From Octopus vulgaris (lineage: Eukaryota), in contig OX597819.1 of assembly GCA_951406725.2 (NCBI GenBank), positions 11,036,001 through 11,100,000 of the forward strand: a stretch of DNA of 64,000 nt, given 5' to 3'. Below, piece after piece: positions 23,825 through 38,390 of this stretch. The notes under the pieces were generated by a model. The model was not told where the DNA came from. It was given only the letters and a program-made list of their open reading frames with translations, and did no database searches. A program made the position numbers and the translations under genes. Numbering within the stretch: the first letter of the stretch is position 1; each line of letters starts with the position of its first letter.

Positions 23825-25590
23825 GGATATACTGATAGTGAAAAAGACAAGCCCGTGCTCAAAATTGATGGTTTCATATTTGTAAAAGATAAGCAAATTG
23901 GAACCGAAATATATTGGAAGTGCAATAAGTTTGCATCATATTGTAGATGCCATGCAATAACTAACTACAGTTATTGTAGATAGGTACAAGATGTTTGAAA
24001 TCCTTAAGCTCTATGGGATTCCAGACAAAATCATCTCTGCCATCAAGGTCCTCTACACAGATACGTCTTCAATCATCTTAACCCCTGATGGGGAAACATC
24101 ATCTTTCTCAATCAAAGCCGGAATGCTGCAGGGAGACACACTTGCTCCATTTCTCTTCATTATTGTTGTTGACTATGTGCTACGTATGTCAGTTGATACC
24201 ATTTCTGGCAAGGGCTTTGAAATAAAACCTAGAAGTTCCAGACACCCAGCTAAATACTTGACAGACACTGACGACTTTGCTGATGACATCGCTCTTATCA
24301 GTGATTCTCTCTCCAATGCCCAGTCTCTTTTACAATCTCTCGAACAAGCCTCAAATTGTGTAGGTCTTTACCTCAATGAGTCCAATACTGAATATGTAAA
24401 CAAGTGCCTGTCCACCAGTGATTTCATCATCCATACTCTCAACAATACGCTCTTAAATATGGTTTCTGATTACAAATATCTTGGGTCATACATATCATCA
24501 TCTGAAAAAGACTTTCTAACTAGAAAGGGTATGGCCTGGTCAGCCTGTAAAGATATGCATAAGATCTGGTCATCAAATCTAAGTAGTGATTTCAAACTTA
24601 AAATCTTCAAAGCCACAGTTGAACCAATTCTACTATATGGCTCAGAAACCTGGACGTTATCAAAGAAGCTTCAGAGGCAGTTGGATGGAACTTACACTCG
24701 CCTCCTTATGAGAGCTCAAAATCTCTCATGGAAGCGTCATCCAACCAAAGTACAAATATATGGGAAATTACCACCTGTATCATCTCTTGTGAAAGGTAGA
24801 AGAGTCCAGTTTGCTGGACATTGTTGTAGAGCTGAAAACGAGGTAATTTCTACTCTTCTCCTCTGGAAGCCATCTGCTTGCGATACCAGAGGGTGCACAT
24901 TCTCCTATTCTGATGTAATCTCCAGGGATACAGGCATCCAGCAACAGGACTTCCTTAATGCTATGATGGACCGTGAAGTCTGGTGTAACATAGTAAATTC
25001 CATTGTCTCGACTACGGTCGAACAATGATGATGATGATGACAGTGAAGTGGTTAAAGTTTCTCATAAACATAATCATTCAGGTGATTCTGTAAACATCGA
25101 AGTGCGTCCTTATATAAACTGAGTAAAACAAGAGGCTAAAGAAACCCGTGATTCCCCGCATTATATAATTTCTACTGTTGGCCTGCAGTTAAGTGAAAAC
25201 TTAACGCAATCTTTACCAGCCATATGCTCTATAAAAAGGACTATTCACAGTGTAAGACAAAAGGAGAGATCTGGTTTGGCTAATCCTATTCATAGAAGAG
25301 AAATTATCTTCACTGACGAACAGACAAAAGCTAATAAAGGGGAACAATTTTTGTTATATGATTCAGGCCCTGGTGATGATAGAATGCTCATTTTCATGAC
25401 TCAGAATAATTTGAGTATACTTGCATCAAGTGAACATTTACAAGAATATTTAAAACTATACCTCAACTATTTAAACAATTATATACAGTACATGCTGTTA
25501 ATAATAACTTTACCATTCTGATAGTTTGTGCCTTACTTCCAGATAAGAAGGCTGACACTTATAGAAAATTGTTTGCAAAAATTAAGTCAA
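23825..25590 (+). pseudogene. FLYWCH-MULE (Mutator-like) transposase relic split by an RTE insertion
   Basis: SEKDKPVLKIDGFIF...YWKC...C then HNH after the insertion; GEQFLLYDSG...RMLIF; QLYTVHA; ALLPDKKADTY. Confidence 0.8.
23991..25028 (+). CDS. 5'-truncated RTE-clade LINE reverse transcriptase ORF
   Basis: GMLQGDTLAPFLF, FADD, YKYLGS, LLYGSETW; (TGA)n tail directly after the stop. Confidence 0.9.
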   Translation: MFEILKLYGIPDKIISAIKVLYTDTSSIILTPDGETSSFSIKAGMLQGDTLAPFLFIIVVDYVLRMSVDTISGKGFEIKPRSSRHPAKYLTDTDDFADDIALISDSLSNAQSLLQSLEQASNCVGLYLNESNTEYVNKCLSTSDFIIHTLNNTLLNMVSDYKYLGSYISSSEKDFLTRKGMAWSACKDMHKIWSSNLSSDFKLKIFKATVEPILLYGSETWTLSKKLQRQLDGTYTRLLMRAQNLSWKRHPTKVQIYGKLPPVSSLVKGRRVQFAGHCCRAENEVISTLLLWKPSACDTRGCTFSYSDVISRDTGIQQQDFLNAMMDREVWCNIVNSIVSTTVEQ

Positions 25591-25599
25591 TGCTGGTTT

Positions 25600-28510
25600 A
25601 CCAAGAACTAACAACGCCATTCGTTTATTCAGTCCCATTTCGTGTCTTTCTATAACAAATTATTCAACAGAGCTCTTAGCTCATACATTTTAGGTATGTA
25701 CAGCTGGTAATAACTTACCAGATCTAAGAATGCTTGTAATGTTGTTTTGTTAGTGGGAGCAGGTATATCTTTTATTGCGCCAATCCTAGAAGGGTCCAGT
25801 TTTCATCTGTTTTCATCAATCACCTGTCCCAAGTACTTTATTTTTGTTAAAATAAAATTGCATTTATTTTCCCTTACTTTAAATCCATAGTCACTTATTC
25901 TTTTAAAAATATTTTTGGTATGTTCAATATGCTGGTCCCTAAATTCACTTTTGATCTATATGTCATCCCAACTCACAGTCTGCTAGCATAGTGTCCATCA
26001 CTTGCTGAAATATTGCTGGTGTGATCTTAACCCCAAATGGCAGTCTTTTGAAATGGTACAGACCTTTATGAGTATTAATTGTTAATACTTTAGCACATTC
26101 CTCATCTATCAATAATCGGAGGTAGGCCTCTGACAAATCCAGCTTGCAAAAATTTTCCCACCGTTGCACTTCGCAAATATTTCTTTTGGCCTCAGAGTAA
26201 TTTTTTGTAATTTTTTAAACAATCATTAAAACCTGATGAGAAGTTTGCACATACTCTTATTTTGTTGTTTTTCTTTTTTTATATATACAGAAGGAGCCGC
26301 CCACTCTGAGTAGTCTACTTTTTCAATTACCTCCATGTCTTCCAACCTTTTTAGTTCCTTCTCAACTTGGTTTAATGCTGCAAAAGGCACATCCCTTTTT
26401 GGTTTGAACACCAGCGCTGCATTTTCTTTCAACTCAAACTTTACTTTGATTTTTTTTACATGTTCCCAGTTCCTTTGAGAACACATCTGGGTACATCTTC
26501 TTTAATTTTAATTTCAGTTTTTCCAGTGTATTTTCTGACATGGGCTGTCATTCACCTTATTACATAATGTATTCAATGGTAGATCCCACAGGTCGAATTC
26601 TTCCATTAAATCTGTACCGAATAGATTCATTGTATTTTGAGATACCATTATTTTACTTTTCCACATTATATCTTTAAGTTTTATTTCTAGCGAAATTTTG
26701 CCCAAGAATTGAACTCGTTCCCCTGATATATCGTGAGCTCTCCTAGTAGTTTTTTTGTATAACAACCTTCCTATCTTAATCCATGTTGCTGTATTAATTA
26801 ACGATGTCTGAACTGGTAACTAACTGCATTTTCCTCTGAAAACCATTTATTTTTACCAACACAAATTTTCAGTTTACTATGGTATAATTTATTTTTGTTG
26901 AGTAGACATTCTTCAGTTTCTCATTTTTTACATTTTACTTTAATCACGTTTGTACATTAATATTATTATTATTATTGAGTGAGAGAGCAGTGCATGCAGT
27001 CAAAGTGACACTGGGGTAAAATATACGAAGCCCAGTATACCTTCATGACTACCCGTCTGATAAGGGTACATCAGGCACATGCATCACAACCATATGTACG
27101 CAACATGGTGATCTCATATCAAGATAAACAGTGCATGAACTTGCAGGTGGAGCCCAGTTAGAATTTTCTTCTGGTCGAGTAGCCCATCCTGCTCAAAAGG
27201 TCCCTGAATAAAGATTGTTTAAGGATGTTGAACAAACCACCCATTTTTCCAAAGCTGAATTATACAAACCTCCAAGAATTCATTTCAACACATGGCTATG
27301 ATGCTCCCCCACTACTTCTGCTCATGATCTGAGATGCACATATCATCAGCCACTAAGGGACATGCTCAACTGGTTATGGTCAAACAACTGACAAGCAAAT
27401 CTGTGGTATTGAGCAGAATATTTGCTGTAGCCCATCTTTTATACCAAGACAATTATTATTATTATTATTGTCTTCTATTTTTCTTGTATCTTCTTGAAGG
27501 TTTATTATTTGTTGGCATTCCTCAGCCACTTTCTGCAAGGTTAGTTCAACGTCTTGATTCAACTTTGATAATATTCTTTTTCTAATTTCCATGTCTTCCA
27601 TTACCACAAGCCCTTTAATGAATATTAGGCACTTGAACATAATTTGCATTAATTCTCCAAGCTTAAACCTTTCACAAGCCTTATTAACAATACCGGCATA
27701 TGTTACAAAGTTGACAGATTCATTCTTCTTTAAATTTAAATATTCCCACCGAATATTAAACAGCGACTTTTTTGCATCAAAAATATTAGTCAAAATATCT
27801 ATTGTTTCTTCAAAAAACAATTCTGCAGGCTTTCTTGACAAAATAAAGTTACAAAAACTTTCGTGTTCCAGAGGAACAAGTTTTCACAAAAGGAGCCTTA
27901 ATTTCCTTTCACTAGACCATCCCTTGCATTCCTTTTGAAATATGTCTTCGTATCGTCTGTAATATGCAGTAAAAGTAGTTCCTTCATCTGGATTGTTGTG
28001 AAATTTTTCGATGGAATTTGCAACACCATCTGCTGAAAATGATTCTGTCGTATTTCTCAACTGCAGCAATAACTCTGTTAACTTCTGTAGTTGCTGCTGC
28101 TGCTCTTGTTTTTCTATGACTGCTTTCAGTAACTCTTCCATTTCGGTACTATTTTCAGTTTCAGTAGTGTTCGAATCCTCAGTACTGTCTGAAACCTCGA
28201 CGCCAATGTGGTATCAGTGGTCATATTGTCGAAATCCTCATTGCCACTGTTGTATCAGTGGCAATATTATCTGAATCCTCATCACCACTGTTGTATCACA
28301 CATTCAACGTACAATATAACGGGATAATAAATAACTTCCTTGCAAATCATTCTGCTCAAGATAAACAATACTTGTAATACACGTGGTAATATGCAACTCT
28401 CAGCTTTACACAGCTCACTTACTCTCTCCACATCCTCTGTGCATGTTCAATTATATTGTGGCACAGTCCATTAGGAACCAACCAAATAGGGGTGTTCTAC
28501 TTCCACACAA
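25600..28510 (-). mobile_element. Degenerate Ty3/Gypsy (Mag-like) LTR retrotransposon: LTR, PBS, gag, protease, RT
   Basis: gag GTTFTAYYRRYEDIF; RT SEWAAP, KLDLSEAY, INTHKGLY..RLPFG; PBS TGGCGTCGAGG at 28205-28195. Confidence 0.88.
26977..27450 (-). mobile_element. Repeat family E inside the Gypsy relic
   Basis: (TTA)n on both sides. Confidence 0.8.
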
Positions 28511-29525
28511 TAGTGATCAAATAGATTTTGATGACTACAAGCCTTTTCCAAGACTTATTGACAGCCATTTTTTGATTTGCTGCTGAAAGATACAGTGCCA
28601 GATGCTATATTTCCAGCAAATTGCTGTTCCTTTTAAACAATGCATCAAGCAATCCAATAAATTTAAGTGATCTTTCTTGTAAAATAAGAGTAGAATATAT
28701 CCTCTAAAACATTTTGCTCTAGCCAATGAATCAAGGTGTAGGACCTAACTTCAATGCATTTTGTTTGAGAAGGTCTTTGAAAAAACTCATAAAAGCAATT
28801 GATGATAGAGATAAACCTACAGTTAACAGTATTATGGATGCAGTAAATAGCATAGCTGAGCCATGGGATAAGTGAAACTCTTAGCAATGAATGGAGTTTG
28901 ACAAAACATGGCCTGGCTCTATCCTTGACCACAGGTTTTCCATTAGCAGAGTGCATAAAGGTCAACTAAATATTGTGACACAAATAAATGATGTATAGTT
29001 TGAAGAAGCCTTAGATTACATGGCTGAGATACCTGAATCCCATTCAAAACCTTGTCTAATGAGATGATACCATTTCAAATATGTGTAAGCTGCAGGACAA
29101 AAAGAGGATACAGAAACTCCACCCATTCCACTTACTGTGAATGCAAGAATATGGTTTAATGGTTGGCATTTAAACAAGAAAGTTGGTAAGTCTTTGTTGA
29201 TAACAATCATAATTGTGAATGTAATATAAAATTATAAGAGATGTCCATAACAAGCTCAGTTCCAACAGAAATCTCTACTTCTGTGCAATAAACATCAAAA
29301 CAACTCTGGACAAGTTCATTGCTCCTGAAGCAAATACTGATAATAATAGTCAACAGAGCAGAAGTTTCTAGTAACACACATTGCACAACTACATACCATA
29401 TCACAATATTACTGTATTCTTATTCATTCCTTCATATTTTCCTCTTCAAACGTATGCACATATACACACACGCACATATATATACATACATATGTATCTA
29501 TCTATATACATATATAAATACACGT

Positions 29526-29907
29526 GGAGGCGCAATGGCCCAGTGGTTAGAGCAGTGGACTCGTGGTCATAGGATCGCGGTTTCAATTCCCAGACCGGGC
29601 GTTGTGAATGTTTATTGAGCAAAAACACCTAAAGCTCCACGAGGCTCCGGCAGGGGATGGTGGTGATCCCTGCTGTACTCTTTCACCACAACTTTCTCTC
29701 ACTCTTACTTCCTGTTTCTGTTGTACCTGTATTTCAAAGGGCCGGCCTTGTCACTCTCTGTGTCACGCTGATTATCCCCAAGAACTGCGTTAAGGGTACA
29801 CGTGTCTGTGGAGTGCTCAGCCACTTACACGTTAATTTCACAAGCAGGCTGTTCCGTTGATCGGATCAACCGGAACCCTCGTCGTCATAACCGACGGAGT
29901 GCTTCCA
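29526..29907 (+). mobile_element. tRNA-derived SINE family B
   Basis: GGAGGCGCAATGGCCCAGTGGTTAG head, GGTTTCGATTCCC-type B-box, (CCAT)n-like tail; 7 copies. Confidence 0.9.
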
Positions 29908-29933
29908 TTTCATATATACACACACACACACAC

Positions 29934-30017
<84 letters not shown>

Positions 30018-30024
30018 TATGTGG

Positions 30025-30270
30025 CATAAGTGTAGGTCTGTGGTAAGAAGCTTGCTTCCCAACCACATGGTTCTGGGTTCAGTTCCACTACATGACACTT
30101 TGGGCAAGTACCTTCTACTATAGCTTCAGGCTGACCAAAGCCTTGTGAGTGGATTTGGTAGACAGAAACTGAAAGAATCCCATCGTATATATGTATGTAT
30201 TTGTATGTCCATGTTTGTCCCCCAACCCCACCCCACCACCATCGCTTGACAACCAATGTTGGTGTGTTTT
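30025..30270 (+). mobile_element. SINE family A, diverged and 3' truncated
   Basis: Family A head and body. Confidence 0.75.
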
Positions 30271-30975
30271 GGTAAGCCAATGCAAGTTCTTTTAGTTTTT
30301 GCATTGAAGTGGCAGCTGTGATGTCATGAATCTTGTAGACATCAACATTTTTAGGATACCTTACAAAAGTACTAAACCTTGACTATGAATCTCCAACCTT
30401 GTGTATGTGAGTTCTTAAATTAACTTAAATGTTGAAAAATGTATTATAAAGTTATATACGGTATTTGAAATCTTATTTATATTATTCTTCCCATAAAAAC
30501 ACAGTAATTGCAGAGATGGGAGGTTTTGGCAACAGTGATAAGTGAAATAAAAGTGACCATATTCATGAGGAATTTTATTAGACTGCCACAAATGTACATA
30601 AAAACAAATAATGGTGGTGGCAATACTCTAGTGTTTTCACAATCTAGTATCACACAAGTAAAAATAAATTGCACATTAAGCAAGAAGTACCAAACACATG
30701 GGTGCAATTTCCAGCCAGAAAATAAATTTTGTGAGGGTTGGAATGTGATAGCAGGACTATAGAATTTAAAGAATGCATAAATAAACATAGGAAAGCTCCA
30801 AAAACATGCCAAATGTATTAAGATTAAGTTACGAACCCTCAATATCACAACTTTTGCTGACTTGAAAAAAATAGAAAAAGAAAAGGGTGAGTTATATCCC
30901 CTCCCCCACCACGACCATCACCACCCTTTTTTGTTTCAGAACAGCAAAACTTGTGGGTATGATTCTGCTTATATA

Positions 30976-31432
30976 ACTCCTCATAACTTTTTTTATTTTG
31001 GGGGATTTTTGTGAATTTGTGTTCTACACACAGGAAATCATATGACTATGCAAAAAAAGTTTGTTTTTGAATTCTTTAGAAAAATTTGTCTTTTAAATTT
31101 TATTTTTAAGTTTTCAAAAAGATTTTTCCAACTTTTTTTTTAATCATAGTTAAAAATATGGACAGTTCGAATTTTTGGCTGAAATCCCACCAATAGACCA
31201 TTATGGGAAGAAAGATAATAAAAAGCATCAATACATCAGAGTGACAAACAAATGTGGAAGGTATGATGTGGACGTGAGATGTGCTAAAAATAGCGGCTAA
31301 ATACCCATTAATTCAAACAAAAATTTTGTTTTTTTTGTTTTTGGCTTTTGCATAGTCATGTGATTTCACATGTATAGAACATAAATTCGCAAACATTTTC
31401 TGAAAATTCCAAAATGAAAAGGTTATGAGGGG
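30976..31432. repeat. Old imperfect inverted repeat (MITE-like)
   Basis: CCTCATAAC...ATGACTATGCAAAA vs TTTTGCATAGTCAT...GTTATGAGG. Confidence 0.5.
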
Positions 31433-33093
31433 TTAAACGCCATGCGTAAAACAGAATTCTGCCAAGGGGGTTTGGTGACTTTCAGTCTTAATACACTCAT
31501 TTTGGAAATAGTGTTAAAAAATTTAAAGTTAAAATAGTAATGTGTTAGTGCAAGGATCAGCAATAGGTGAGTTGCAGTTCATAAGTAAACCACTGAAGTG
31601 TTCTCTAAGAAACTTGGATTTTTCAGAAAATTTTTCGAATTTAATATATTTGAGGACCATTGAGCCCTTGATATCTATTAGATGGGGTTTTTTTGTGTCA
31701 CAATTTAATTTTTTTCATTACAAGCAATGGAAATTTGAGAATATCCAGGATATTATTATATGTATGATATTATATATATATATATGTGGACTCTGGGCAA
31801 AAGTAGCAAAAAAAAAAATACAAGTAGATCTTCAGAAAAAAGTTGCTGCTTTCCATGTTAATGTTTTAAGTGTGTGGTGCACATAAGGAATTTAATTAAA
31901 GTTTTTTGAAAACTTCCAAAAATATTTTTAATTAGATACTTCAAAACAATTTTTTAAAATTTTAATTACATATATTTTCATTTTCAGAAAATGTTCATAT
32001 ACTTGTACCAAAAGATTAACAAAACTTGGTGTAAAGATAATGAGATGCCCTCACAATGCCTTTATGGTGTGTCCTCAAACCTTGTAAGCAGAATATCAAT
32101 TTATTATTTCTTAATTTTTGCATATCATATCATTTTTAATTACTTGTTTAATAATCACTTTTGACACACTCACCCTACATTTTCATTAATCCTCAACTTT
32201 CTTTCTCATTGACCTAATATACAGAACTTATACAGTCAGTAAACTACCACTTCTAATGTGATGGTTACAGAGCCTCACTTATTACATTATTTTATTAAGT
32301 CAGTTCTGCTTGAACAGACCTTTAGCATGGAGGCAGCCTATTGCCAAATCATTCAATTTAACCATTCGTAACCTATATTTAAGATTATGAACTGACTAAA
32401 GTATGTACCCTACCTCCAATGGTACACAGATGCATGAGAAAGATTTACTTCTGATATTGGAAAATGAGGTAACTTCATGAAGCTCCTTTGTTGGATTGTG
32501 CCATTAACATTTTCTTTTTCAGTTCATATCACATTTTGAAGCATATTTCATGCCTGTGGCCTGTTTTACTGTTCATATCCATGTAAACTACATTTCCTAA
32601 AAATGACATCCTTCTTTTCTTTTGCCTGCTGGATCTGAAGAAAGGAGCAGTGCCTATTGTCTTCAGCCATCCTTAAAGTTCAGTGAAATTGATACAATTA
32701 ATATTTTGCTCAAATTATTGTAAGCCAAACCCTACAAGAAAGACATGGGTAGAGAGGGAATTCCAGAGAGCCAATGTTCTGGAGAGGAGATCTGACTTAA
32801 AAGTGGACATAGGAGAGCTGTGTCTGCATAGGCAGGTAACACAGTGTTAGACAGTTCAGAAATCATGACAATCAACATCATATCTTAGAAGAGTACTTGA
32901 TTACAGAAGCTTTCATCAAAAGGGACAAGTTGGAGGGTTTGCAATTTGGAACCTGGAAAAGTAAGTCAATATCAGCTAATGGTAGTTCCTGTTGCTGAAT
33001 TTGAGTAGAGAATTTGGTTAAGGTGCTCAGGATCTGGGTGGGACCAGGCCTCCATGTAGAGAAAATATGAGAAAAGGCCACAAGTAGAGAAAA

Positions 33094-33496
33094 GGCGCAG
33101 GAGTGGCTGTGTGGTAAGTAGCTTGTTTACCAACCACATGGTTCCGGGTTCAGTCCCACTGTGTGGCACCTTGGGCAAGTGTCTTCTACTATAGCCTCGG
33201 GCCGACCAAAGCCTTGTGAGTGGATTTGGTAGACGGAAACTGAAAGAAGCCCGTCGTATATATGTATATATGTGTGTGTGTGTTTGTGTGTCTGTGTTTG
33301 TCCCCCTAGCATTGCTTGACAACCGATGCTGGTGTGTATACGTCCCCGTTACTTAGCGGTTCAGCAAAAGAGACCGATAGAATAAGTACTGGGTTTACAA
33401 AAAGAATAAGTCCCGGGGTCGAGTTGCTTGATTAAAGGCGGTGCTCCAGCATGGCCACAGTCAAATGACTGAAACAAGTAAAAGAGAGTAAAGAGT
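33094..33496 (+). mobile_element. SINE family A
   Basis: Full-length copy. Confidence 0.9.
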
Positions 33497-34021
33497 AAGT
33501 GTGTTAGACAACCTCACTCAGAAAAGAAACTATTGCCTGACTGTTATGCTTTTACCAAGAAACACCTGACCAGTTAGGAATGTATACTCTTTCATTTTTT
33601 AGTCAGGACATCTGCTGAATACCAGCAACCACTTTATGTGGGTCTCGGGATACTACTGGCTGATGATGTACATGCATGCTCCAAGATTGATGCACCAGCA
33701 GAGGTTCTTGAAATACTATGATGAACCAAGCTGCAGTCCTGAGTCAAGTGTAGACTAAGGTGGAATGTTTAACATCAACAATTTTATGTTGCCAGGCGTT
33801 TACTAAACTCCACAAGCTAAGCAATGTGATTGGTCGGAAGTCAATTAATTGCATTTTAATTGTGAGTTGGGAATAATTTCTTGTTGACATTGTTATCTAT
33901 TTTTTTAAAAATTTCACTTTTATTTTTATGGATCTCAATCCTCATTGCTTTGTACTTCATCCTCATACTGCCCCATCATGGGATCTCATGGCCAAAAATC
34001 CTTATTATTAGATTAAAAGAA

Positions 34022-34037
34022 ATCATCATCGTCGTCG

Positions 34038-34079
<42 letters not shown>

Positions 34080-34104
34080 ATCATCATCGTCAATCATCAT
34101 CATC

Positions 34105-34141
<37 letters not shown>

Positions 34142-34156
34142 GTCATCATCATCATC

Positions 34157-34189
<33 letters not shown>

Positions 34190-34200
34190 TATCATTATTA
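34022..34200. repeat. (CAT)n microsatellite
   Basis: Direct reading. Confidence 0.95.
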
Positions 34201-34429
34201 TTTGATTCTCTTAGTGTGAAAACATGGTTTGCCCTTTCTTTCTGAGACATGATTTATTAAAACATTACTAAATGAAATTATTGTTTGAATACATGCAAAA
34301 AATGAACAAACAGAATTTTTTAACTCATCATTATTCCCAGAAAAAAAATGTAGTTAGGAGAATTTTGTGAGACAGAAGTGAATTTCTGTGCTTCAGGAGC
34401 TAATCCAGGAGAGTACAAAGTGAAAAATT

Positions 34430-34589
34430 GAGTGGCTGTGTGGTAAGTAGCTTGCTAACCAGCCACATGCTTCTGGGTTCAGTCCCACTGCGTGGCATCT
34501 TGGGCAAGTGTCTTCTGCTATAGCCCCGGGCCGACCAATGCCTTGTGAGTGGATTTGATAGATGGAAACTGAAAGAAGCCTGTTGTATA

Positions 34590-34629
<40 letters not shown>

Positions 34630-34855
34630 TATGTGTGTGTGTTTGTGTGTCCGTGTTTGTCCCCCTAGCATTGCTTGACAACCGATGCTGGTGTGTTTAT
34701 GTCCCCGTAACTTAGCGGTTCGGCAAAAGAGACCGATAGAATAAGTACTGGGCTTACAAAAGAATAAGTCCCGGGGTCGAGTTGCTCGATTAAAGGCAGT
34801 GCTCCAGCATGGCCACAGTCAAATGACTGAAACAAGTAACAGAGAGTAAAAGAGT
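34430..34855 (+). mobile_element. SINE family A
   Basis: Near full-length copy. Confidence 0.9.
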
Positions 34856-36032
34856 ATGTGCCTAACTCAGTGACTATTATCATTGTCGTCGTTGTTGTTA
34901 TTGTTAGCACTGTCACATTGATGGCCAAGTCTAGATCTATGTGCGAGCTTAGTCCATTTTCAAGAATAACATGGTTCACTTCCTTGGGCTTTTGTTTATC
35001 TGTAGTTTATACAAAAAGAAAAAAAAAACAGAGTTGTTGTTGTTGTAATTGTTACTGTTGCTATTTGTGTTGTTTTTGTTATTCTTGTTTTTGATATTCA
35101 GCCCCAGGTCAGCACTAGAGAACAATCAGAACCATGATTAAACATATTCTAACTGTAATCCTCCTATCCCATTTTTTTTTGCATCTGTGACTACACAGTG
35201 ATTTGAAAGAGATTTAAATGTTACTTCTAGTAGAATGAGTGATTGTATAAAGATTTACTTATCGTCTTGGTTACAAAGCAAAGAGTTTTTTTTCATCAGA
35301 AAATAAATAAGCCAAACATTTCAACCAAATAAAAAATTAGATATGACATTTAAATGTGTAATATTTTTTAAGGAATATATTTTTAATGAAATTATATGAA
35401 TCATTTCCTTTTTTTTTTGTCAAGAGTAAAGGCTAGAAGAACAACCATGCTACAGAGTGCATTTATCTTCCAATTGTTGAGATGCTATACTTGCTCAAGT
35501 TGGACGCCACTCTTTCTACCTGAGAGCTGTTATTAGTATCCCCATTAAAGTAACTTGTCTCTACATTTTCCCATGCCTTTTCCATGGAAAGATAATGATA
35601 TTTTTACATTTCAAATAACTGCCACTTGAATACTTTCTTTGTGTTATTTTAAATGCAATACAAAAGACATTGTGCTTGCTAACAGTCAACAAAGCTTTCT
35701 ATTGAAATTGAAAGGAAATATTTCTTTAAAAACTACATTAGCTCATTATGTTCTATTGTCACTGAAATAACAGTCAGCTTTATTGACAAAATCGTCATAT
35801 ACACTGAAAATGTTTACATTTACATATTTACTAAGATGCACACACATAAATACGTCTGCATGAATTTATATGATATTCACTTGAAATGAAGTAATATAGA
35901 TGGGTAGGGAACCACATTTAATATTTTTAAGTACTGAGTAAACAGGACAAAATATTGTACATATTTGTGTAGACCCATCCATTCACACATGCATATAGGC
36001 CTATAGAACCATACAACCAGTCGCATATATGC

Positions 36033-36392
<360 letters not shown>

Positions 36393-36397
<5 letters not shown>

Positions 36398-36630
36398 TAA
36401 ATTAGAGATAACACCACTATTAGGCAAATCAAACAATGAAAAACTTAAGCCAATACATAAAATTAATTAATTTATATTATTTTAAATATATATCAAAAGT
36501 ATTAAAAGTTTAATAAAAGATAATGAGTAAAACACTACGATCGTTTCATGGCTGTCCAATTCGTAATAATTCGAGTTATGGTTACAGTCAATCTTCAGGT
36601 TAATTGAAATATCTTAGCGAGGTTTAGCAA
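36393..36630 (-). mobile_element. Hammerhead element family H5 in (TA)n, no inverted arm
   Basis: (TA)n both sides; contains a hammerhead motif. Confidence 0.7.
36534..36600 (-). ncRNA. Type-I hammerhead motif, CUGAAGA core
   Basis: Minus strand AC-CTGAAGA-T TGACTGT..ACAGCCA T-GAAA-CGATCG-TA-GT; short stem I. Confidence 0.7.
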
Positions 36631-37193
36631 TATATATATATATATACATGCATAGATGAAATTGGTGGTGGTGGTGGGTTTCATAATGCTGGTGGTGTCA
36701 TTCTAATGCTCCAATTCTGTCATGCCTGTAGACCTATTCTCATTTGGCTATGACTTGACATCAAAAAACTATGAGATTGTTTCTTTCAAACCATCTCATA
36801 TTTTACTGTAATTTATTGTAACAATTTTGTGAGAGTTTCTATTGCATTTTCATGTGCATCATCCGTTCATGAGGTGTGTGAAATATAGTCTTTTGAGAGA
36901 GGGTGCGGAATTGCGTGCGGCTTTTTATTTGCTTTGTTGGAAGGGTTTGCTTAATTGTTTCTGGTGGTACTTTAATGTTTCATCTACTTATTGTGCAGAA
37001 GAGGCTGGTTATGGTAAGCATTAATTTGGAAGATTCTTATGGTGTTTCATATACATGTTGCATGTTTTGAGCCTTAATGTTGGGTGGTGATTGTAAAGAA
37101 AGAATGTATGCTACATTATTAGGTAGCAACTGTATAGAGTATGAGTTACGTAAACTGTTGGGATGTGTTTCATGTGGCAGTTATGTAAGAGTT

Positions 37194-37583
37194 GGAGGCG
37201 CAATGGCCCAGTGGTTAGGGCAGTGGACTCGTGGTCGTAGGATCGCGGTTTCGATTCCCAGACCGGTCGTTGTGAGTGTTTATTGAGCGAAAACACCTAA
37301 AGCTCCACGAGGCTCCGGCAGGGGATGGTGGTGATCCCTGCTGTACTCTTTCACCACAACTTTCTCTCACTCTTACTTCCTGTTTCTGTTGTACCTGTAT
37401 TTCAAAGGGCCGGCCTTGTCACTCTCGTGTCACGCTGAATATCCCCGAGAACTACGTTAAGGGTACACGTGTCTGTGGAGTGCTCAGCCACTTACACGTT
37501 AATTTCACGAGCAGGCTGTTCCGTTGATCGGATCAACCGGAACCCTCGTCGTCGTAACCGACAGAGTGCTTCCATCCATCCAT
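37194..37583 (+). mobile_element. SINE family B
   Basis: Full-length copy. Confidence 0.9.
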
Positions 37584-37717
37584 GTAAGAGTTTATGTTGT
37601 CTTTTTATACTGATGAGGTTTGTGCAGCTTATATCAACGATCAGAAAAAATATTTGTTGTATGAGCGATGCAGAACATGTGCTGCACAGATTTTACTATT
37701 GAATTAAGCATATTTTG

Positions 37718-38133
37718 CTCTCTTTACTCTTTACTCTTTTACTTGTTTCAGTCATTTGACTGCGGCCATGCTGGAGCACCGCCTTTAATCGAGCAACTCG
37801 ACTCCGGGACTTATTCATTTGTAAGCCCAGTACTAATTTTATCGGTCTCTTTTGCCGAACCGCTAAGTGACGGGGGACGTAAACACACCAGCATCAGTTG
37901 TCAAGCAATGCTAGGGGGACAAACACAGACACACAAACACACACACACATACATATATATATATACATATATACGACAGGCTTCTTTCAGTTTCTGTCTA
38001 CCAAATCCACTCACAAGGCATTGGTCGGCCCGAGGCTATAGCAGAAGACACTTGCCCAAGATGCCATGCAGTGGGACTGAACCCGGAACCATGTGGCTGG
38101 TTAGCAAGCTACTTACCACACAGCCACTCCTGC
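37718..38133 (-). mobile_element. SINE family A
   Basis: Full-length reverse-complement copy. Confidence 0.9.
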
Positions 38134-38390
38134 TCTGTGTAAAAATGTACAGTTGTAAGCCTTGATATGTTCTTTCTTATTTGTTTCTATATTTCTTTAT
38201 CATACCTAACGTTCCAGTTATATATTTAATGCTGTCTTTACTTCCCTACATTCTGCTGGTTTCCATTTAAAAAGCCTTGAACTTTAATAGTTTTCCTATC
38301 TCCAGGCAATATTTAGTCAGAACAGATTGAGATAGCTATCAGATTACAGCGATTATCATTCCTGTTTTTGGTTATAATTATTATTATCAT

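Noticed and set aside
29526-29600. tRNA-like sequences at SINE B, A and C heads
   Set aside because: Fused to SINE bodies in many copies; not stand-alone tRNA genes
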